NCBI GenBank assembly: GCA_965261975.1
Contig: CBDHEC010000057.1
Span: 128,001 to 192,000 of the forward strand
Origin: Alphaproteobacteria bacterium
GTDB taxonomy: Bacteria; Pseudomonadota; Alphaproteobacteria; UBA6615
Reading direction: 5' to 3'
DNA: 64,000 bases
A model generated the notes under the pieces. It did no database searches, had not been told where the DNA came from, and worked only from the letters and a program-made list of their open reading frames with translations. Numbering within the stretch: position 1 is the first letter of the stretch; every line of letters starts with the position of its first letter. A program made the position numbers and the translations under genes. Shown here piece after piece: positions 10,353 through 20,164 of the stretch.

Positions 10353-10939
10353 TTGCTCGACTCCTCAATAGCGGCCACTTCCACATCGACGGCTTCCTCA
10401 TGCTCCAGCGGCGGCTTGCCGAAGATGCCTCGGAGATTGTCGATGACCGCCAGAAAAAACTGAATGCCAAGCAACGTACAGCCGACGACCAACGCCAGGC
10501 GCTGCGGCCATTCGGGAAATGTGAAAACGCCCGTGTTCCCGACGAAATGCCCGCCATGATAGGCCTGCAGCCATTTCGGCCAGCCGCCAATGACGATGGC
10601 AACCATCAGGCCGACACCGGCCAGGTGGAACAGAATGCCCAGGATGTTGCCGAGGGCTGGCCACTTGATGAGGACACGGCCGTAGAGCGCGTCCGACCGC
10701 GTGATCCGCCCCACTTTCAAAGTGTGCGCCAACTGCAGATAGAGGATCGTGACGATCGAAATCTCGACGATCTCGGTCACGCCGCTCAAGGGCGAGTTGA
10801 ATACAAATCGAAGTGTGATGTCGAGGGTGATCAGGAGCATCAGGATGAAAATCCAACCCGATGCAACCGCATTGCTCACCAAGACAATCCAGTCGAATAT
10901 TCGACGCAGAAAATCAAGAATTCCAAGTATTGCGCTCAA
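10349..10939 (-). CDS. dctQ: TRAP transporter small permease (DctQ)
   Basis: About four TM segments; DITLRFVFNSPL; lies between dctP and dctM. Confidence 0.85.
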   Translation of the reverse strand: MSAILGILDFLRRIFDWIVLVSNAVASGWIFILMLLITLDITLRFVFNSPLSGVTEIVEISIVTILYLQLAHTLKVGRITRSDALYGRVLIKWPALGNILGILFHLAGVGLMVAIVIGGWPKWLQAYHGGHFVGNTGVFTFPEWPQRLALVVGCTLLGIQFFLAVIDNLRGIFGKPPLEHEEAVDVEVAAIEESSK

Positions 10940-10947
10940 TGGAAGTC

Positions 10948-10973
10948 GGGGAGCCGCCTTTCAGCGGCTCCCC
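10948..10973 (-). other. Intercistronic stem-loop after dctP
   Basis: GGGGAGCCGC/GCGGCTCCCC 10-bp stem with no T-tail; typical mRNA-stabilising hairpin. Confidence 0.55.
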
Positions 10974-11018
10974 TCCCTATTTCATGTGTGAATTCACAAA
11001 CAGACGAATTGATTCAGA

Positions 11019-12107
11019 CTATTCGCGGTCCCACTGACGTGCGATCGGCTGATTGGCAGCCCGCAGCTCGTCCATCCAGGCCTTGAGGATCTCGGTCCCC
11101 GGCTGACCAGCGGCATTGCGCTGCTCGGCCCACTGCTTACCGAGCGGCGGCAGAGCCTTGGCCCAGGCGTTACGCTGTTCGGTCGAAGCCTTGGTGACCT
11201 TGGTGCCGAACTCCTTCTGGCAACGATCGAGGCCCCAGACAGCGCCGCCGTTCACGCGCTTGACGTTTTCCTCAACCCAGGCCGGGGTCGAAGACTGGAG
11301 GGCGTTCTGCACCTCTTCGGGCAGACTGTCCCAGACATCACGGTTCACGTTGAGCGAGAAACCGTTCACGCCACCGAGTGTCGCATCGAATGCATACGGT
11401 GCCGGTTCACAGAGCTTGAACGCACCCGCACCCTGACGCCACACGATCATGGCCTCATAGATGCCCGTGCTCAGGCTGTTGTAGGCGTCCGCAAGGTTGG
11501 TCTGCACGCCGGCGGCGCCAATCGCGAGCACCCAGGGAAGGTTCGGACCGGCCGCACCAACCTTGAGGCCCTTGACCTGGCCGAGGTCACTGATCGGCTT
11601 GGCCGACCAGAGCATGTAGTTGTCAACCGCACCCGTCGGAGCGAGCGGCACCTGGTTGAACTCGTTGAGCCAGGTCTGGTTGTACTGCGGGAAGGTGTCG
11701 ACCATTTTCTGCGTGGTACGACTGATCAGCGCAATATCGTTGGTCGTAAACGGCGTCTTGAAAGAGACATCGTAAAGCGGAACCTTATCGGCATGGAACG
11801 CGGTCACGATGACGCCAAGGTCACCAATGCCGGTCTCGACACCTTCGAGCTCACCACGCGGCTTGACGATCTGGCCGCTGATGCCCTTGTTCCAGTTGAT
11901 CTTGTAGTTCCCGTTCTTGGCCAACGCGGCATCAACAGCCGGCATGTACGCATCAACGAGCGAACCGATCCAGGTCGCGGGCGGCGGATAACCGGAAATG
12001 GCAGTCAGGTTAATGGTTTCCTGCGCACTCGCCGGTGCCGAGACGGCAACCGTTGCCGTGGCGGCTGCGGCGATGAGCATCGCAGTCGATTTTGACACTT
12101 TGGACAT
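11019..12107 (-). CDS. dctP: TRAP transporter substrate-binding protein (DctP)
   Basis: Signal peptide (APASA-Q); VWDSLPEEVQ motif; first gene of the TRAP operon. Confidence 0.88.
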   Translation of the reverse strand: MSKVSKSTAMLIAAAATATVAVSAPASAQETINLTAISGYPPPATWIGSLVDAYMPAVDAALAKNGNYKINWNKGISGQIVKPRGELEGVETGIGDLGVIVTAFHADKVPLYDVSFKTPFTTNDIALISRTTQKMVDTFPQYNQTWLNEFNQVPLAPTGAVDNYMLWSAKPISDLGQVKGLKVGAAGPNLPWVLAIGAAGVQTNLADAYNSLSTGIYEAMIVWRQGAGAFKLCEPAPYAFDATLGGVNGFSLNVNRDVWDSLPEEVQNALQSSTPAWVEENVKRVNGGAVWGLDRCQKEFGTKVTKASTEQRNAWAKALPPLGKQWAEQRNAAGQPGTEILKAWMDELRAANQPIARQWDRE

Positions 12108-12265
12108 AAAGTCCTGCCTGTTTGTTATTCGTTTCCCCGTCGGACTTCTCTAGTCCAGTGGAAAGCTTCCAACAACGACGGTCCCATGTCCATCGCGAAT
12201 TCCTGAATATTCTCCGATACTAAAAAAAACGCGCCCATGTTCACGATAAAGTCAGTGAATCCCTG

Positions 12266-12279
12266 TTATTCGCGAATAA
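12266..12279. promoter_or_regulatory. Perfect 14-bp palindrome upstream of dctP (candidate operator)
   Basis: TTATTCGCGAATAA. Confidence 0.4.
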
Positions 12280-12403
12280 TCGCGACCTCTATTGATCGCA
12301 GCACATTCACATATACGAACTCCCACCAACCCCGGTGATCATCGCGGTCTCTCGTGATTCGTGTTGGCGCGTCCGGTCAGGTCGCAAACGAAGCTCGTGA
12401 CAC

Positions 12404-12440
12404 GAAAAGGACCAGACCAGCGAAACACTGGCCTGGTCCT
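12404..12440 (-). terminator. Rho-independent terminator after the alpha/beta hydrolase
   Basis: On the minus strand, AGGACCAGGCCAG-loop-CTGGTCTGGTCCT followed by TTT. Confidence 0.7.
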
Positions 12441-12463
12441 GAACTTGCGATAACGAACGAAGC

Positions 12464-13405
12464 CTACTCGGCGGCCTGCGCGAGGAGAGCGTCCGGCGCG
12501 AACAGCAGCTCCTGCAACCATTTCGCCTGGGCACCCGAAACCTTCGCGAGATGCTCATTGTTCGAATACAGGCTCATGTGATCGACACCTTCGACGATCG
12601 CCAGTTCCTTATTCGGACACGGGACGGCATTGAAAACTTCGATCTCGAGATCCGCCGACGTGATGTTGTCGCCCTTGGCGATCGCCATCATGTAGGGCGT
12701 TTCATAGACGCGCTTTGCATAGGGCATCACGTCGTACTGCATCAACAACTCGACAGATTCCAAGGTGTTCTCGTGAATATGGTTGGGTGCTTCACGTTCC
12801 TTGATGTCGTTGAAGATCGTGCAGACATGAGGGAACGGCCAGGAACTGATCTCGGTGTCCGGTTCCGTGGTGGACATTGCGATCATCTGGCTCGGCTCAC
12901 CGCGTTGACGGGCCTCGCGATCCTCGAGAATGAGCTTCTGAATCGCGGCGAACTTGCGCTCGCCATGGCAGCGACGCATCGTCGGGAAGCCGTCGACAAC
13001 AGGCACCACTGACATCGCAAACTTCACCCGCGAATCCAGTGCCGCAACACACACCGCGTGACCGCCAGAATAGGAAATCCCCCACACGCCGATCCGGTCG
13101 GGATCGATTTCGTCGAGGGTCTTCGCATAGCTCACGGCGTTGCGATAATCCTCGATCTGATCCCAGGGGTTGATGTGCTGGCGGGGCAAACCTTCGCTAT
13201 CGCCGAAGCACCGATAGTCGAATGTGAGACAGGCACAACCGATCTCGACAAAATCGTCCGCATAGTAGGGCATGACGATCTCTCTTACGTAACACCAGCC
13301 ACCGGCCATGACGACCAGCGGCGGGTTCTTGACGCCATCGGGCAGATAGAGCGTGCCACGAATGGTGTCGCCACAACTGTTGAATTCAACTTCTCTAGTT
13401 TGCAT
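12464..13405 (-). CDS. Alpha/beta hydrolase (YcjY/peptidase S15-like)
   Basis: FDYRCFGDSEG, WGISYSGGH nucleophile, and candidate Asp (GDNI) and His (VDH). Confidence 0.85.
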   Translation of the reverse strand: MQTREVEFNSCGDTIRGTLYLPDGVKNPPLVVMAGGWCYVREIVMPYYADDFVEIGCACLTFDYRCFGDSEGLPRQHINPWDQIEDYRNAVSYAKTLDEIDPDRIGVWGISYSGGHAVCVAALDSRVKFAMSVVPVVDGFPTMRRCHGERKFAAIQKLILEDREARQRGEPSQMIAMSTTEPDTEISSWPFPHVCTIFNDIKEREAPNHIHENTLESVELLMQYDVMPYAKRVYETPYMMAIAKGDNITSADLEIEVFNAVPCPNKELAIVEGVDHMSLYSNNEHLAKVSGAQAKWLQELLFAPDALLAQAAE

Positions 13406-13506
13406 TTCATTCTCTCCCCTAAAGAATCGTTTTCACCCTTGTGAATTGGGTGATGTTTTACATTCAGGTTGTGCCCCATACCGGGGACTGTCAACTGCAC
13501 GGCCTA

Positions 13507-15153
13507 TCAGCCGCGCTCTTCAGCAATCTTTTCCGCAATCCGATCCCGCAGGACATTCTTCCGGATTTTGCCCGCCGCGGTGCGCGGGAACTCCGAGATG
13601 ATCTCGAGCCGTTCCGGATATTTCTGCTTCGCCATGCCCGTTCCGTCGAGGAAGGCAATCATGTCGTCGAAGGTCAGTGCCGCGTCTTTTGCCGGAACGA
13701 CGTAGGCACACACGGTCTCCCCCATACGTTCATGGGGCATCGCAACCACGGCGACCTCATGGATGGCCGGGTGCTCGTGCAGCGCATCCTCGATCTCACG
13801 CGAACTGAGATTCTCGCCTCCACGGATGATCACGTCCTTCAGGCGGCCCGTGACAACCATCGCGCCGTTCTCGTCGAGCATCGCCAGATCACCGGTGTGA
13901 AAGAAGCCGTCGGCCTCGAAGGCCTCGGCATTATGTTCGTCGTCGGCGTAACCGAGACACATCTCGGGCCCGCGTGACAACACCTCGCCCTCGACATTTG
14001 GCCCAACGACCTGTCGCGTGACCGGATCGACGATCCTGATTTCGTGCCCCACGATATGGCCTTCAGTCGCCGCACCCAGCGCCTCTTCATCGCGACTGTT
14101 CACACCGAGGGTAATGGTCGGCGCCTCCGTCGACCCGTAGCAGCGCGAACACACGCAGCGCTCGAACGCGGCATGGGCGTTGTAGATAATCTCCGGCGGC
14201 ACCGGTGCACCGCCGCACGGGAAATAACGAAGACTGGGGAACGATCGGCTGTTGCTGACGGCAAAATCGGTCAACTCCTGCAGGAAAACCGTTGCCGCGA
14301 TCGTAAAGGTAACGGCGTGCCGATCGATCAGATCCCCCGCCGCAGCCGCGTTCCAGCTTTCCATGAACACCGCAGGGGCGTTCAACGCGAACGGCATCTG
14401 GATACCGTATAGGTACCCGGTGATATGGGTCACCGGCGACGGCATCAGGATGACGTCATTGTTCCCCAGGTCGAGGAAGTTCGAGATCGCCTGGATCTCC
14501 GTGTTGATCGTGTTGTGGCTGTGCAGCACCCCTTTCGGCCGCCCTGTCGTGCCGGACGTGTACATGATCAGCTTCACCGCATTGGGGTCGACCGGCGCGG
14601 GGACGAATGCATCCGCGTTACCTTCGGCGAGCAGATCGTCGAACCCGGTCATGCCATCAGCCGCACCGCGCACGGTGATCACATGCTCGAGGGCCGGCAG
14701 ATCTGTCCGATGACGTGCGATCATGTCCGCATAATCGAAATTGCGAAACTCGGTCGGAATGAACACCGCCTTGGTGCCGGCGTCGCGGAGGATGTAGGAC
14801 ACTTCAGCGTCGCGGTAGATGGGAATGATCGGATTACAGACGAGGCCGAGCATCGAACAGGCCAGGTCGATCACCACCGTTTCCGGCCAGTTCGGCAATT
14901 CGAAGCTGACGACATCACCGGCTATCAGGCCCCGGCGCTGTAATGCGCTGGCCAGCGCACGCGCCTGCCTGTCGAGGTCGGCGGCGGAATGCGCGTCATC
15001 ACCCTCGATGATCACTATCTTGTCGGGGTTCTCTGCCAGGACCTCGGCCAGCTGGTCGGCCAGCGTCTCATCGCGCCAAATTCCGCTCGCGGCGTTCTCG
15101 GCGATCAATTCATCGGTCAGGCGCGTTTTCCAGCCGCTCACATCGGTTCGCAT
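13507..15153 (-). CDS. Acyl-CoA synthetase (cyclohexanecarboxylate-CoA ligase-like)
   Basis: YTSGTTGRPKG, YGSTE, TGD and IIRGGEN motifs; start trimmed to ATG (MRTDVS) after a GGAGG RBS. Confidence 0.88.
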   Translation of the reverse strand: MRTDVSGWKTRLTDELIAENAASGIWRDETLADQLAEVLAENPDKIVIIEGDDAHSAADLDRQARALASALQRRGLIAGDVVSFELPNWPETVVIDLACSMLGLVCNPIIPIYRDAEVSYILRDAGTKAVFIPTEFRNFDYADMIARHRTDLPALEHVITVRGAADGMTGFDDLLAEGNADAFVPAPVDPNAVKLIMYTSGTTGRPKGVLHSHNTINTEIQAISNFLDLGNNDVILMPSPVTHITGYLYGIQMPFALNAPAVFMESWNAAAAGDLIDRHAVTFTIAATVFLQELTDFAVSNSRSFPSLRYFPCGGAPVPPEIIYNAHAAFERCVCSRCYGSTEAPTITLGVNSRDEEALGAATEGHIVGHEIRIVDPVTRQVVGPNVEGEVLSRGPEMCLGYADDEHNAEAFEADGFFHTGDLAMLDENGAMVVTGRLKDVIIRGGENLSSREIEDALHEHPAIHEVAVVAMPHERMGETVCAYVVPAKDAALTFDDMIAFLDGTGMAKQKYPERLEIISEFPRTAAGKIRKNVLRDRIAEKIAEERG

Positions 15154-15178
15154 TTGGCCTCCCCCGAGATCTTTCGTT

Positions 15179-16351
15179 CTACTCGCGCGCGAGCCGGAGC
15201 CGGTTGGCGATGTTGTTCTTCTGGATCGCCGAGGATCCGCCGATGATCGGCATGAGCAGCGCTTCCCGCACATACCGCTCCATGTCGAATTCCTTGATAT
15301 AGCCGTAGGCGCCCATCACCTGCTGGCAGGTCAGCACGATCTCCTTCGTGACATCGCTGACATAGAGCTTGGCCATCGACGTCTCCACCGATGCCGGCTT
15401 CTTTTCATCCAGCAGCCAGGCAGCATGGTAGGTCATCAGCCGGCAGGCATGGAGTTTGGTTTTGCAGTCGACCAACATGTGGCGCACCGATTGGTAGGCG
15501 GACACAGGTTTGCCGAACTGCTTGCGTTCCTGGGCATATTCCCACGCGTCGTCCACGGCAGCAGCGGCATTTCCCAGCGCCAATGCGGCAACCTCGATCT
15601 TCTCCACATCCAAGCCCGGCCCGACGATGCGCCGCCACCCGTCGTTCCAGCCCGCTTCACCGCCGACGATGTTCTCGGCCGGGATTTCGACATCCTCGAA
15701 CGTCACGTCGCAGGTCGACGCACCCTTCATGCCCATCGCGTCCTGCAGCTCGATGGTCACGCCCGGCGCATCCGGCGGGATCAGTACAATGGAAAGATTC
15801 TCGTAGCGCTCGGCGTCAGGATCGCTCTTCACCACGGTGTAGATATAGTCGGCGATGTTGGCACCGGAGCAGAAGCGTTTGGCCCCGTTGATGGTGACCG
15901 TCGCGCCGTTGCCCTTGCGCACCGCGGTTGTCCGCACGCTGGCCACATCGGCGCCGACATCGGGCTCGGATATGCCGTAGGCGAACAGAAGTTCCCCCGC
16001 CGCAAGTTTGGGCAGCAGGTCCTGCTTCTGCTCGGGACTGGCAACTTCTTCGATGTTCATCCCGCCGTAGCAGGCGCACATGATGTAGGGCACGGCGACC
16101 GCCATCGATCGTCGTGCCAATTCCTCGATCACGACCATCGTCGCCGTGATATCCCGCCCCGCACCGCCATACTCCTCAGGCACCGTGAGAGCGTTCACAC
16201 CGAGCGCGGAGAGCCTCTCGAAGATCTCGCGGGGATAGTGGTTTTCCCGATCCCATTCCTGCGCTTTGGCACGCGGTATCTCGTTCTCGACGAAACGCCG
16301 CAGCGTGTCCCGGAGCATGGTGACGTGCTCGGCTTCCTGGAAATGCTCCAT
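15179..16351 (-). CDS. Acyl-CoA dehydrogenase
   Basis: PEEYGG, ISEPDVGAD, RKQFG and IIGGSSAIQK motifs. Confidence 0.9.
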   Translation of the reverse strand: MEHFQEAEHVTMLRDTLRRFVENEIPRAKAQEWDRENHYPREIFERLSALGVNALTVPEEYGGAGRDITATMVVIEELARRSMAVAVPYIMCACYGGMNIEEVASPEQKQDLLPKLAAGELLFAYGISEPDVGADVASVRTTAVRKGNGATVTINGAKRFCSGANIADYIYTVVKSDPDAERYENLSIVLIPPDAPGVTIELQDAMGMKGASTCDVTFEDVEIPAENIVGGEAGWNDGWRRIVGPGLDVEKIEVAALALGNAAAAVDDAWEYAQERKQFGKPVSAYQSVRHMLVDCKTKLHACRLMTYHAAWLLDEKKPASVETSMAKLYVSDVTKEIVLTCQQVMGAYGYIKEFDMERYVREALLMPIIGGSSAIQKNNIANRLRLARE

Positions 16352-16359
16352 CCCGGCGC

Positions 16360-17154
16360 CTACTTGCCCGTGAACTTCGGCTCTTCCTTGTTCAGGAAGG
16401 CTTCCGTCGCAATCCGATGATCATCGGTCATCTGGGACATGGCTTCGAAGTTGAACGCCGTGTCGAGCACCGCGTTGGCCGCCTGCTTGAGCCCGGCGTT
16501 GACCGACGCCTTGGTCCACTTGATGGCGTTGATCGCCCCGCCGGCGAGGCGATTGGCCATCCCGTAAACAGCGTCGTCGAGTTCGTCGGCTGATACGACG
16601 TGATTGATCAAGCCCATCGCGGCCGCGTCCGATGCACCGATCAAATCTCCGGTCATCAGGTACTCCTTGGCGCGCGCATAGCCGATCAACTGGGGCCAGA
16701 TCACCGCACCGCCATCTCCCGCCACGAGGCCGACGGCAACATGCGGGTCACCCAGCTTGGTGCGCTCGGTGGCGTAGATGATGTCGCAGTAGAGCGCGAT
16801 CGTGCAGCCGAGACCGATCGCGTGGCCCGGCAGCCGGGCGATGATCGGTTTCTCGAGGTCGAGCAGGCTGTTCACCAAGCGTTTGCCTTCCCACACGGTA
16901 CGCGCGAACGCCGCCGGATCGCCATGCATGGCGTTCAACCACTGCAGGTCACCACCCGCACAAAACGCATCGCCCTCCCCGGTCAGGACGACCACATCGG
17001 CTTCGTCATCCGTATCGACGTCATAGAAAATCCGGGACAGCTCTTCGTGGAGCTCGGCATCGATGGCGTTGAGGGTGCCGGGTCGCGACATCGTCAGAGT
17101 AAGCACGCGCCCGTCGCGCTTGGCCTTGATTGCCTTGTAACCGTCGTAGTTCAC
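16360..17154 (-). CDS. Enoyl-CoA hydratase/crotonase family protein
   Basis: FCAGGD and DPHVAVGLVAGDGG (a DPH-type crotonase lacking the usual Glu); GTG start chosen. Confidence 0.85.
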   Translation of the reverse strand: MNYDGYKAIKAKRDGRVLTLTMSRPGTLNAIDAELHEELSRIFYDVDTDDEADVVVLTGEGDAFCAGGDLQWLNAMHGDPAAFARTVWEGKRLVNSLLDLEKPIIARLPGHAIGLGCTIALYCDIIYATERTKLGDPHVAVGLVAGDGGAVIWPQLIGYARAKEYLMTGDLIGASDAAAMGLINHVVSADELDDAVYGMANRLAGGAINAIKWTKASVNAGLKQAANAVLDTAFNFEAMSQMTDDHRIATEAFLNKEEPKFTGK

Positions 17155-17263
17155 GTGAATCGCCCCTGCTTTCCATTCTTGCGCCCGGGTTTGATCCGTT
17201 GCGCAACATATTGCCTTTTTCGACGCCAACCATGGCAACGGTGTTGGAAGGAGTCAATAATAG

Positions 17264-17277
17264 TGAATGATGATTCA
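17264..17277. promoter_or_regulatory. Candidate TetR operator in the divergent promoter
   Basis: TGAAT-N4-ATTCA inverted repeat in the AT-rich ECH/TetR intergenic region. Confidence 0.5.
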
Positions 17278-17352
17278 TTATTCATAATTGTTGCGCGCAC
17301 CCCCGGAACCCGTGAAGATGTGATCAGGACCATCAAGTTGAACCCGCCAATC

Positions 17353-17994
17353 ATGCCCTCATCGAGCGCCCAATCCACACCTTCGACAAGACAACGGCCG
17401 ACCCGCGCGGAAAAAGCGGCGGCGACGCGCCAGGCGTTGATCGACGCCGCCGCCGAAGTGGTTGGAGAGTTTGGCTACGCCGATGCCTCCGTCGCACGCA
17501 TCACCGCGCGGGCGAATATCGCACTCGGCACCTTCTACAATTATTTCGAAACACGGCAGGCGCTGTTCGACACCCTGCTTCCCGAACTTGGTCAGGACCT
17601 GATTGCGTTCGTCGGCGAACGCGTTCGCGGAAGTCGCGACACGATGGAGATGGAGGAACGCGGGTTTCGGGCGTTCTTCGAATATCTCGCCGCCAACCCG
17701 GGCTTCTATCGGATTCTGAACGAGGCGGAAACGATGGCGCCCAAAGCTCATCACAAGCATTTCCAAGCGCTCGCGTCGCGTTATGTGGCGGCGTTGAAAA
17801 CGGGCCTCGTACGCGGGGATATGCCCGCCTATTCCGAGGCCGATCTGGAAACGATTGTTTACCTGCTCATGGCCGCCCGGAGCTATCTGACGCTCCGCTA
17901 CGGCCTGTCCGGCGGCAAACTGCCGGAAAACGTGGTCGATACCTACGTGAAATTTGTCCGCGGGGCGCTCACCCAGCGCGCGCCGGCACCCTAA
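17353..17994 (+). CDS. TetR/AcrR transcriptional regulator
   Basis: HTH ASVARITARANIALGTFYNYF; start trimmed to ATG 17353. Confidence 0.9.
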   Translation: MPSSSAQSTPSTRQRPTRAEKAAATRQALIDAAAEVVGEFGYADASVARITARANIALGTFYNYFETRQALFDTLLPELGQDLIAFVGERVRGSRDTMEMEERGFRAFFEYLAANPGFYRILNEAETMAPKAHHKHFQALASRYVAALKTGLVRGDMPAYSEADLETIVYLLMAARSYLTLRYGLSGGKLPENVVDTYVKFVRGALTQRAPAP

Positions 17995-18003
17995 CTTTCT
18001 CGG

Positions 18004-18480
18004 CTACTCGCCGCGGCGCATTTTCAGTTTCAGCGCAACCACTTCGTAAACGTCGAGCCCGGCCAGAACGCTGATCTCCTCGAGCGGGAGGGACGTCTCC
18101 TTGAGCAACACGCGCGCGTGGCTTTCAGGGTCACGCTTCCGATTGTTGCGTCGGGGCACCCGGTTCGCGGCCGCTTCAGCCTTGCGACGCTCTTCCTCAT
18201 CGAGCCCCCGCTCACGTGCCTCTTCCATCGCCGCATCCCGACGAGCCTTGTCGGCATCCACCCAGGCGTCCGTCATGCGTGCCGCCTTGGAAAGACCGGC
18301 CTCCTTATCGGCTCGCTTGCGAGAAAATTGCGGGAATCGCTCATCGGGCCGTTTCGGCGCAGGCCCGCCCCCGGCGGCCTCCTCGAGCGACATGCCCCGG
18401 CTCTTGGCCATACGCTTCGCAGCCGCGAGCGCAGCCTCGCGTTCGCCCTCGTAGGGACTTTCCTTTGCGAGGTTCAGCAA
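18004..18480 (-). CDS. Hypothetical protein with a DUF2786-like N-terminal helix
   Basis: LLNLAKESPYEGEREAALAAAKRM resembles DUF2786; the true start may lie slightly upstream. Confidence 0.55.
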   Translation of the reverse strand: MLNLAKESPYEGEREAALAAAKRMAKSRGMSLEEAAGGGPAPKRPDERFPQFSRKRADKEAGLSKAARMTDAWVDADKARRDAAMEEARERGLDEEERRKAEAAANRVPRRNNRKRDPESHARVLLKETSLPLEEISVLAGLDVYEVVALKLKMRRGE

Positions 18481-18597
18481 GTTGTGGAAGCGGGTTCGTT
18501 CTGCTTCGTTAAAGGCGCGTGCGTCTTCGATGACGTCACCTGTAATTAGAGTTCTTGAGTAACTGTGGAGTATAGCGCATTTGGCATAAATCTGGGA

Positions 18598-19872
18598 CTA
18601 GATCACCAACGCAACCACGGCACCGGTCATACAGGTCGCGATGCTTCCCGCAAAGAGGGATTTGAGCCCCAGACCAATCAAATCGGATTTGCGTTCCGGC
18701 GCCATCGCCGTCAATCCGGCCAACATGATCCCCACACTGCCAAAATTCGCGAAACTGGCCATCGCATAGAGCAGAATAATCCGTGTGCGTTCCGAGAGGC
18801 TATCGCCGGCAGCGGCGAGATCCAGGAACGCGATCAATTCATTCAGTACGATCTTGGTGCCGATCAGAGACCCTGCCGTCGTCGCTTCAGCCCAGGGAAT
18901 CCCGATCAGCCAAGCAATCGGCGCCAACACCCAGCCCAACAGGCGCTGCAGGCTGATCGGCCCGCCCCAGATGTCTGGAAACAGGCCAAGCATCTGGTTC
19001 ACCAACGCAACCACCGCCACAAAAACGATCAGCATCGCGATGATGTTCAACAGCAGGCGCAGGCCATCCTGAGTCCCCTGGACCATGGCGTCCATGGTGC
19101 TGTCGTAGAGACCTCGCCCGGTCTCTGTCGCATCTGTCGATCCGGTTTGACTGTCGGTCGCATCCGGTTCATCTGACGTCGGCGGGACCATCAACCGCGC
19201 AATCACAATGGCCGCCGGCGCACTGATCAGGGATGCGACCAGGAAATGGCCAGCCGCATTCTCCACCACGCCCTTGAGAAACGTCGCGTAGAGCACAAGC
19301 ACCGTCCCTGCGATGGTCGTCAGCCCGCAGGTCATGGTCACGAACAAATCACTGCGGTTCATTCGCGCCAGATGGGGCCGAATCAGAATGGCGGCCTCGA
19401 CCATGCCGACAAAGATATTGGCCGCCGCGCCCAACGCGACCGGTCCATCAATCCGCAACGTAGCCTTCAGCGCGGCAGCAAAGCCCCGGATGACCATCGG
19501 CATGACACGCCAATGCCAAAGCACCGCCGACAGAGCCGACATCAACAAGACGATCGGGAGCGCCTGAAAAGCGAGAACGAATGCGGCACCCGGGTGGCTC
19601 TCTGCGAATGGGAGAGGACCACCACCGAGAAATCCGAAGACCAGACTCGTACCGGCCTTGGACGCCGCATCCAGAGCGAGGACCAGACCGTTGATGGCAC
19701 CGATGGCCTCGCGGACCACGGGCACCGAAAGCGCAATGGCTGCCAACGCGAGCTGGAAGGCCACGCCGACAACGACCAGTCGCCAGGACCCACCACGACG
19801 ATTCTCACTGAACAACCATGCCAGCCCAACCAGCGCGATCAGGCCCAGTATGGGTTGTATATGTTCGATCAC
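18598..19872 (-). CDS. nupC: Concentrative nucleoside transporter (CNT/NupC)
   Basis: AANIFVGMVEA, TIAGTV, GTKIVLNE and ASFANFGSVG motifs. Confidence 0.92.
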   Translation of the reverse strand: MIEHIQPILGLIALVGLAWLFSENRRGGSWRLVVVGVAFQLALAAIALSVPVVREAIGAINGLVLALDAASKAGTSLVFGFLGGGPLPFAESHPGAAFVLAFQALPIVLLMSALSAVLWHWRVMPMVIRGFAAALKATLRIDGPVALGAAANIFVGMVEAAILIRPHLARMNRSDLFVTMTCGLTTIAGTVLVLYATFLKGVVENAAGHFLVASLISAPAAIVIARLMVPPTSDEPDATDSQTGSTDATETGRGLYDSTMDAMVQGTQDGLRLLLNIIAMLIVFVAVVALVNQMLGLFPDIWGGPISLQRLLGWVLAPIAWLIGIPWAEATTAGSLIGTKIVLNELIAFLDLAAAGDSLSERTRIILLYAMASFANFGSVGIMLAGLTAMAPERKSDLIGLGLKSLFAGSIATCMTGAVVALVI

Positions 19873-19975
19873 AGCCCCCCGGGATGTTCATCCCGTATCG
19901 CATTTTCATACGGGTTCACACATGATCTACAGCAGCAGTCGATTCGCCCCCGACCACACAGAAGAGCGACAAGCA

Positions 19976-20010
19976 CAAAGAAATAGGGCCGGATCTACCT
20001 GATCCGGCCC
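19976..20010 (-). terminator. Rho-independent terminator
   Basis: GGGCCGGATC/GATCCGGCCC stem followed by TATTTCTTTG on the minus strand. Confidence 0.7.
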
Positions 20011-20164
20011 GGAGATATTGTGAAGTCTGTCCGGCAACTTCGTCGCGCCCAAAGGGGAGGTTGGTTGCGATGCCAAAGGATTTAGGGAGCGTCGCGGCCG
20101 CCGGTGGATATCAAGTGTGGGTTTTTGTACCCGTTCGGTTCGTGTCACTTCGTCCGTTGTTTCG
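19976..20164 (-). ncRNA. Candidate trans-acting sRNA with an anti-Shine-Dalgarno loop
   Basis: TTGAGG-N17-TAGGTT promoter (20199-20171), a hairpin exposing CCUCCCCU, and a 10-bp terminator with a U-rich tail. Confidence 0.45.
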
